The notes beneath the pieces were generated by a model, which was not told the DNA's origin, did no database searches, and saw nothing but the letters and a program-made list of their open reading frames with translations. 14,251 bases of DNA from Gemmatimonadota bacterium (GTDB lineage Bacteria > Gemmatimonadota > Gemmatimonadetes > Longimicrobiales > RSA9). The stretch is taken from the NCBI GenBank assembly GCA_040905425.1, contig JBBDRO010000115.1, forward strand, positions 1 through 14,251, in the 5' to 3' direction. This document shows, in pieces, positions 1 through 5,389 of the stretch. How positions within the stretch are numbered: position 1 is the first letter of the stretch; each line of letters opens with the position of its first letter. The position numbers and the translations under genes were made by a program.

Positions 1-2
1 TA

Positions 3-932
3 ACCCCGGTCTGGAGCGCAACCAGCCCGCCGGGCACGATCAACTCCGCTTCGGGGCTGTTCACCGCCGGCAATACGCTGGGCACGTACCCGGCGAGCGT
101 CACGGCCACTTCGGGATCGATCTCCGGCACGGCCACGGTCACGGTCATCGCGGGTCCGCTCGCTTCGATCACCGTCGAGCCGAACCCGGTCACCCTTCAG
201 ATCGGCACCGAGCAGCAGTTCACCGCAACGGGCCGGGATGCCGGTGGCAACCAGGTTCCGCTGACGGCGGTCTGGAGCGCGACCGACCCGCCGGGTACGA
301 TCAACTCCGCTTCGGGGCTGTTCACCGCCGGCAATACGCTGGGCACGTACCCGGCGAGCGTCACGGCCACTTCTGGATCGATCTCGGGCACGGCCACGGT
401 CACGGTCATAGCGGGTCCGCTCGCTTCGATCACCGTCGAGCCGAATCCGGTGACGCTGGCGGTCGGAGCGCAGCAGCAGTTCATCGCAACGGGCCGGGAT
501 GCCGGTGGCAACCCGGTTCCGCTGACGGAAGTCTGGAGCTCGACCGACCCGCCGGGCACGATCAACTCCAGTACCGGGCTGTTCACCGCCGGCGGCACGC
601 TGGGCACCTACCCGGCGAGCGTGACGGCAACGTCGGGATCGATCTCGGGCACCGCGACGGTCACCGTCATAGCGGGTCCGCTGGTCTCGATCACCGTCTC
701 GCCAAATCCAACCTCTGTTGAGACCACGAATCAGCGGCAGTTCACGGCGGTCGGAAGAGATGCGGGCGGCAACGTCGTACCGATCAGTGAGTTCTGGAGC
801 ACGACGGTCACCGGCGGCACCATCACCGCGGCAGGCCTCTTGACCGCCGGCGGCACGACGGGGCTTTACGTCGACGGCGTCCGGGCTACGGACGGTGCGG
901 TATCCGGAGCGGCGACGGTGACCGTAACGGCG
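3..932 (+). repeat. Intragenic tandem repeat, 261-bp (87-codon) period, at least 3.6 units
   Basis: (G/T)TCTGGAGC recurs at 9, 270, 531 and 792. Units are <3-152, 153-413, 414-674 and 675-932; the last is diverged and one codon shorter. Positions 9-152 versus 270-413 differ at 7 of 144 nt by hand count. Confidence 0.95.
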
Positions 933-1562
933 CCCGTGGTCATTCCTCCGCCCCTCCCCGCTGCCGGAACCCGTATGATTGCTCGCGTGGCCTGGACGTG
1001 CACCGACGGCAGCATCACGGGAGACGTGGCCACGAACCAGTTGCCAGGTGAAGTGCCACCGGGCTCGGTCACGCAGTCGAACTGTCCCATCATCGGGACC
1101 ATCGATATCGGCGGACCGGCGGCCAAGGCGGCATACGTAGACTTCCTGGCCGCCTATGCGGTGCTGGAGGCCACGGCCTGCGGTGTTACCCTGACCGGGA
1201 CCCTGGCTGGCCAGAACCTGCCGGCAGGCGTGTACTGCTTCGACAACGCAGCGGCGCTGACGGGGACACTGACGCTCACCGGCACGGCGACCGACCAGTG
1301 GCTGTTCAAGATCGGCGCGGCCGGAATCCCGGGCGGGCTGACGACCACTAGCTTCGACGTGGTCATGGCGGGCGGCGCCTCCCCATGCAATGTGACCTGG
1401 TGGACGCGGCAGGCCGCCACCACGACGGTCTCCGACTTCAAGGGCCACATCCTGGCCGGAGCCGCCATCAGCTTCACCGGCGGTACGTACAGGGGGAACG
1501 CGTGGTCGCAGGAAGACGTCACCGTCACGGGCACGGTCGTCGACGCGTGCAACGCACCATGA
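3..1562 (+). CDS. Surface protein (5'-truncated by the window edge): tandem bacterial Ig-like (Big_2-like) repeats, Pro linker, C-terminal DUF3494 / ice-binding-like beta-solenoid domain
   Basis: The frame is open from position 3 (TPVWSATSPPGTINSASGLFTAG...) to TGA at 1560-1562, so the ORF-track start at 450 is internal. 87-aa repeats (GPLASITVEPNPVTL..G..QQF.ATGRDAGGN.VP...WS...GTI....GLFTAG...G...VTAT.G..SG.ATVTV) look like Big_2 domains. After VIPPPLP, the C-terminal ~200 aa follow the DUF3494 pattern (ITGDVA; AYVDFLAAY; LAGQNLPAGVYCF; LTGTLTL; WLFKIG; GGASPCNVTWW; FKGHILAGAAISF; GNAWSQEDVTV). Confidence 0.88.
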   Translation, partial: TPVWSATSPPGTINSASGLFTAGNTLGTYPASVTATSGSISGTATVTVIAGPLASITVEPNPVTLQIGTEQQFTATGRDAGGNQVPLTAVWSATDPPGTINSASGLFTAGNTLGTYPASVTATSGSISGTATVTVIAGPLASITVEPNPVTLAVGAQQQFIATGRDAGGNPVPLTEVWSSTDPPGTINSSTGLFTAGGTLGTYPASVTATSGSISGTATVTVIAGPLVSITVSPNPTSVETTNQRQFTAVGRDAGGNVVPISEFWSTTVTGGTITAAGLLTAGGTTGLYVDGVRATDGAVSGAATVTVTAPVVIPPPLPAAGTRMIARVAWTCTDGSITGDVATNQLPGEVPPGSVTQSNCPIIGTIDIGGPAAKAAYVDFLAAYAVLEATACGVTLTGTLAGQNLPAGVYCFDNAAALTGTLTLTGTATDQWLFKIGAAGIPGGLTTTSFDVVMAGGASPCNVTWWTRQAATTTVSDFKGHILAGAAISFTGGTYRGNAWSQEDVTVTGTVVDACNAP

Positions 1563-1639
1563 GCACCATAGAAAAACGATTCAGCGTTCACGCGCCGGTA
1601 TCAACCGGATCGCGGTTCAAAACTTGGCCGGGAATGATC

Positions 1640-2842
1640 ATGTCACCAAGACAATGGACTATCTATACGATGGCGGCCCTGCTCCTTGCTGCTCCGCTGG
1701 CAGCGCAGAGGCCTGCCGTGGTCGAGATCGGCGGATTCGGTCAGTGGACCCGCTTCGATGACAATGCCGGACGGGAAAACGCCAGGCCGGAAAACGGACT
1801 AGGCTACGGCGGTCGGGCCGGTGTCTTTCTGTCTCGCAACTGGCAGCTCGAGGCCGATGGATACTACTCGCCGCAGGACAGGAAGCTGACCGAGGAGTTC
1901 TGCTGCCTCGGCCTGTTTCCAGACGAGGTCAACGCTTCGGCGTTCGCCCTTCGCCTGAACTACAACGTGCCTCTCGGCATGGGCGCGCGCAGCCACTTCA
2001 TCCTCGGTGGCGGGGCGGTGCGGACGAAATACGCGTTCGTAGGTGGCAACGCACCGGACAGCTCGGTGGCCAACTTTGGCGCGAGTGGACTCGCGGGTCT
2101 TCGAGTGGGTCTCATGGGCCCCCTTGCCCTGCGTGTCGATGGTGTGGCGGACTACATGCCGCAGCATGAGCCGGACGCAAATCTGAACCTGCACGTGCGT
2201 GCGGGACTCAGCTTGCTGCTGGGCTCGGAGCGTGCCGCTCCAGTGGAGGTATACGTACCGCCGCCGGCGCCGACACCTGCGCCCACGCCAACGCCGAGGC
2301 CGGCACCCACTCCAGCACCGCCACCGGTCGAGAACCCGGTTACGGTGTGCATCATCGATCCGTCGCAGCCGTCGGGGATCCGCATGCAGAGCGCGTTGTA
2401 CCGCGTCGAGCAGCGTGACACGGTGGTCATGCAGAGCGGCAACCGTGTACCGCTGAGCCGGGTGGTTGGTAATGCCAATATCGCGCGGGACGCAGTGTGG
2501 TTCACGCGCGGCGAACCGATCGAGGTGATGGTCGGGACGGAGGCGGTGCGGTACACCGCGTATCCGGGGGCCAGGACAATGGATCCGGATCGCATTGTGT
2601 ACCTGGGCACCATCAACGGCTACCCGGTTTATGCGGATCGGGACCGGCTCATGGGCGTCATGGGTGACCTGAACGCGGCCCGCGGGGCCGATCCGAACCG
2701 TGACGTAGGCGTCATGCTGGCCGAGCACCGGGATCTGCGTGAGGCAGTCGAGGCTCTGCCGCACCTGTACGTTCCGCTCGAACGAACGGGCTGCGTCTTC
2801 CAGCCGCTACAGATGATGCAACCCATCATCAAGGGCAGGTAG
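1640..2842 (+). CDS. Outer-membrane 8-stranded beta-barrel protein (OmpA membrane-domain-like) with Pro/Thr-rich hinge and an uncharacterised C-terminal domain
   Basis: Signal peptide MSPRQWTIYTMAALLLAAPLAA|Q. Eight amphipathic strands (VEIGGFGQW; GYGGRAGVFL; WQLEADGYYS; AFALRLNYNV; HFILGGGAVR; FGASGLAGLRV; LALRVDGVADY; LHVRAGLSLLLG), then the hinge PPPAPTPAPTPTPRPAPTPAPPP. Start is uncertain: in-frame ATGs at 1559 (overlaps the upstream TGA), 1634 and 1640. Confidence 0.85.
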   Translation: MSPRQWTIYTMAALLLAAPLAAQRPAVVEIGGFGQWTRFDDNAGRENARPENGLGYGGRAGVFLSRNWQLEADGYYSPQDRKLTEEFCCLGLFPDEVNASAFALRLNYNVPLGMGARSHFILGGGAVRTKYAFVGGNAPDSSVANFGASGLAGLRVGLMGPLALRVDGVADYMPQHEPDANLNLHVRAGLSLLLGSERAAPVEVYVPPPAPTPAPTPTPRPAPTPAPPPVENPVTVCIIDPSQPSGIRMQSALYRVEQRDTVVMQSGNRVPLSRVVGNANIARDAVWFTRGEPIEVMVGTEAVRYTAYPGARTMDPDRIVYLGTINGYPVYADRDRLMGVMGDLNAARGADPNRDVGVMLAEHRDLREAVEALPHLYVPLERTGCVFQPLQMMQPIIKGR

Positions 2843-2894
2843 CAGCGCGCGGGCCGGTGGGTCGACGCTGAGCGTCGGGCCAGCGGCCGCATGA

Positions 2895-2934
2895 AGAGCC
2901 GCCGGGCGCCCCTTCGGGGGAGCCCGGCGGTTCT
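2895..2934. terminator. Strong hairpin between convergent genes, probable (bidirectional) intrinsic terminator
   Basis: AGAGCCGCCGGGC-G-CCCC-TTCG-GGGG-A-GCCCGGCGGTTCT: 18-position stem with one G.A mismatch and one G.U pair, closed by a cUUCGg tetraloop. No long U tract. Confidence 0.7.
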
Positions 2935-2996
2935 GCGTATGACGCGATCTGCGGGCAGAGGGCGGTGGCGGTTGGCACCTCAGATCCGCTGCCAGG

Positions 2997-4808
2997 TCAG
3001 ATATCTCCCGGGCCTCGAGCGCGGAAGCCTCCCCCCGCGCGCTCTGACCAGCCGGCCTGTACGTGCGGTCCGAGCTGATCCCATCCCGAGGCCGACGTGA
3101 TGCAGAGGAGCCGGTCGTGCTGCTCGAGCCGGGTGTCGGGCCGAGCGGCCGTCATGTGCTCGCCGCGGATGATCGTGAGGATGTTGACCTCCTCCGTGTG
3201 GAGGCGCAGTTCACGGATCTCTTTGCCTTCGAGCCAGCTCCGGGGCGCCACCGTAGCTATGGAGAGGCGGCGGCCACCCTCGAGATCCACCGGAATCCCC
3301 GCCATCATCAGCGATACCAGGTCGACCCGGCCCACGTCATCCGGGAGGGTGACGTTGCGGTCGTGCAGGATGCGGAGAGCAATACGAAGATGATCGGCGT
3401 GATGAGCGGGCGAATCGCCTCGGCTGAACACCTGCGCCTCGTACAACCCCTTGAAGCGGGACTGGCTCGACAGGGTGATCTGCACGAAATAGCTGAGCAT
3501 CAGCGCCAGGGCGGCGGGCACGAGCAACTGGTAACTACCGGTCATTTCCGTGACCATGATCAGGGCGGCGATAGGTACGTGCGCCGCGCCAGCGAACACC
3601 GCCGCCATGCCCACGATGACGAAGGGCGGGACCGGTTGATTGAACACGGCGCCCAGAAACCCGCCGATCATCGCCCCGACGAAGAGCGTCGGCGCGAATA
3701 CGCCCCCGGAACCGCCCGACCCGATCGTAAAGGAGAAGGCCACGGTCTTTGCGAGTGCGAGCAGGAGCATCAGGCCGATCGTCAGCTGGCCGTAGATGGC
3801 CATCTGGATCCACCCGTAACCGCCGCCGAGTACCTGGGGAAGGGCCAGCGCAATGAGTCCCACGCCGAGACCGCCCAGCGCTGGCTTGAGATGGGGTGGA
3901 CCGGGTAGTGCCTGGAAGCCCGCGCGAATCCTGTAGAAGATCACCGGCAGCGCGGCCGCGGCCACACCGGCAGCGATTCCCAGCAGGGCATACCACCCGT
4001 ACTCGAATACGCTCGGGGCAACCACTCCGGAAGGGATTTCGAAGAGTGGTTCCCAGCCGAGAAACAGGCCGGTCACCGCATAGGCCCCCACGGAGGCGAG
4101 CATAGTATAGAGGAGCGCGGCCGCCTCGAACTCCATTCCTCGATACAGGATTTCGATGGCCAACAACGCCGCCCCGAGGGGGGTTCGGAACACGGCGGCA
4201 ATGCCAGCGGCTAGCCCCACCACCAGGAGCAAGCGCCGCTCATCCTCCGACTGGTGGGTGATTCTGGCGTACACGGATCCGAGCGTGGCGCCGATCAGGG
4301 CAACGGGTCCCTCGCGACCCGCGGCACCTCCCGATCCGATCGTAATGGCCGACGCGATCGCCTTCACGGGCGCAACCCGCAGTCGCAGGTTGCCGGAGGT
4401 GCGGTGGAAGGCACGTATGGCGGCATCCGTACCGTGACCCTCCGCTTCAGGAGCGAAGCGAAAGATCAGCAGTCCGGAAATCAACCCCCCGAGCGTCGTC
4501 GAGAGGGGGATGAGCCAGAGCCGATGCGCACCCACGATCTCCTGGAGTGTGCCGCCCTCATTGGGGAGACCCGGTGGTTGGTAGCCGGCCAACTCTCCCA
4601 GGAACAGGCCATGGGCCAACCGCAGGCCGTAAACGAAGAGGATCGCGCCGAAGGAAACCAGGATGCTCAGCACGAGCGAGTGGACAATCAGCCGGTGCTG
4701 GCGGTTGCGCAGGAACTGCAGGACCGCTCCGCGGAGGTCGCGGATGCGCTTGCGATAAGAAGGCTCCGGGCCAGCCGGAGGGCTCGTCTGATCGGTGTCG
4801 TCTGCCAT
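2997..4808 (-). CDS. ClC-family (Voltage_CLC) chloride channel/antiporter with C-terminal TrkA-C (RCK_C) domain
   Basis: 603 aa, many hydrophobic helices. ClC signatures EAEGHGTD, GSGGAAGREGP, AVFRTPLG and GGSGGVFAPTLFVG. C-terminal VAPRSWLEGKEIRELRL...NILTIIRG...PDTRLEQHDRLL is a TrkA-C pattern. Confidence 0.93.
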   Translation of the reverse strand: MADDTDQTSPPAGPEPSYRKRIRDLRGAVLQFLRNRQHRLIVHSLVLSILVSFGAILFVYGLRLAHGLFLGELAGYQPPGLPNEGGTLQEIVGAHRLWLIPLSTTLGGLISGLLIFRFAPEAEGHGTDAAIRAFHRTSGNLRLRVAPVKAIASAITIGSGGAAGREGPVALIGATLGSVYARITHQSEDERRLLLVVGLAAGIAAVFRTPLGAALLAIEILYRGMEFEAAALLYTMLASVGAYAVTGLFLGWEPLFEIPSGVVAPSVFEYGWYALLGIAAGVAAAALPVIFYRIRAGFQALPGPPHLKPALGGLGVGLIALALPQVLGGGYGWIQMAIYGQLTIGLMLLLALAKTVAFSFTIGSGGSGGVFAPTLFVGAMIGGFLGAVFNQPVPPFVIVGMAAVFAGAAHVPIAALIMVTEMTGSYQLLVPAALALMLSYFVQITLSSQSRFKGLYEAQVFSRGDSPAHHADHLRIALRILHDRNVTLPDDVGRVDLVSLMMAGIPVDLEGGRRLSIATVAPRSWLEGKEIRELRLHTEEVNILTIIRGEHMTAARPDTRLEQHDRLLCITSASGWDQLGPHVQAGWSERAGGGFRARGPGDI

Positions 4809-4910
4809 GCACGCGAAAGAAGTGGAGAGCCGTTGCCGCTCGCGACAACCTATCAGGAGCCACCGCTTCGTGCTCGAATCGGTTCCAGCCTCCCCTGCCC
4901 GGCGGCAGCC

Positions 4911-4940
4911 TTGACACCGCGCCCCTGTCTACTACATCAT
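4911..4940 (+). promoter_or_regulatory. Probable sigma70-type promoter of the blaI-like operon
   Basis: Perfect -35 TTGACA at 4911-4916. The -10 candidates are weak (TACATC 4933-4938 or CATCAT 4935-4940) and lie inside operator 1. Strong SD AAAGGAGGAGG at 4968-4978 precedes ATG 4982. Confidence 0.6.
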
Positions 4941-4946
4941 GTAGCA
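4930..4946. promoter_or_regulatory. BlaI-family operator site 1
   Basis: TACTAC-ATCAT-GTAGCA, a dyad with one outer mismatch, overlapping the predicted -10 directly upstream of a BlaI-family gene. Confidence 0.8.
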
Positions 4947-4951
4947 GTAGC

Positions 4952-4968
4952 TACTACAGCACGTAGTA
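4952..4968. promoter_or_regulatory. BlaI-family operator site 2
   Basis: TACTAC-AGCAC-GTAGTA, a perfect 6-5-6 dyad starting 22 bp after site 1 and abutting the SD. Confidence 0.85.
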
Positions 4969-4981
4969 AAGGAGGAGGCCC

Positions 4982-5389
4982 ATGTCCGATCAGTCCGCGA
5001 GCCGCACACCCCTGAGCCAAGCCGAGCTGGACGCCCTCAAGGCGCTCTGGGAACTCGGCCCCAGCCCGGCCGGCGACGTGCGCCATATTCTTGGCCTCCA
5101 GGGCCGCGCTTGGGCCTACACCACCACCAAGACCATCCTGGACCGGCTGGAGGAGAAGGGCTACGTGCGCCGTGACCGGAGCGGCACGCCCCACGTCTAC
5201 GTGCCGGTGGTCAGCGCCGACGGCGTGGCGCGGGAGCGGCTGGGGGAGATTCGCGACGACCTCTTCGCCGGCCGGGACCTCCCCCTCGTGCGGGCGCTCC
5301 TGGACGGCGCGCGCCTGGCCCCCGACGAGATCGCCGAGCTGCGGGCGTCGCTGGACATCATGGAGGCGGCCGAGTGGAGGGACACGTGA
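4982..5389 (+). CDS. BlaI/MecI/CopY family transcriptional repressor (Penicillinase_R)
   Basis: 135 aa. LSQAELDALKALWELG...WAYTTTKTILDRLEEKGYVRR....HVYVPVVS is the winged-helix signature, followed by a DLFAG..LVRALL...EIAELR dimerisation region. Strong SD. Confidence 0.95.
   Translation: MSDQSASRTPLSQAELDALKALWELGPSPAGDVRHILGLQGRAWAYTTTKTILDRLEEKGYVRRDRSGTPHVYVPVVSADGVARERLGEIRDDLFAGRDLPLVRALLDGARLAPDEIAELRASLDIMEAAEWRDT

Noticed and set aside
197..607. Repetitive minus-strand ORF
   Set aside because: It is the antisense mirror of the 261-bp Ig repeats.
1385..1558. ORF-track N-terminal extension of the beta-barrel gene
   Set aside because: Overlaps the DUF3494 coding region in another frame; the signal peptide begins near 1640.
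4809..4910. Fluoride riboswitch and CLC-F fluoride exporter
   Set aside because: No recognisable crcB riboswitch pattern upstream of the ClC gene, and the protein has GHGTD/GREGP rather than the CLC-F GNNLI/GREGT motifs. The imperfect dyad GTTGCCGC-TC-GCGACAAC (4832-4849) alone is insufficient.
4929..4968. CTACTACA repeats as a mini-CRISPR or attachment site
   Set aside because: Only two 17-bp dyads 22 bp apart, with no spacers, cas genes or integrase; the position fits BlaI operators.
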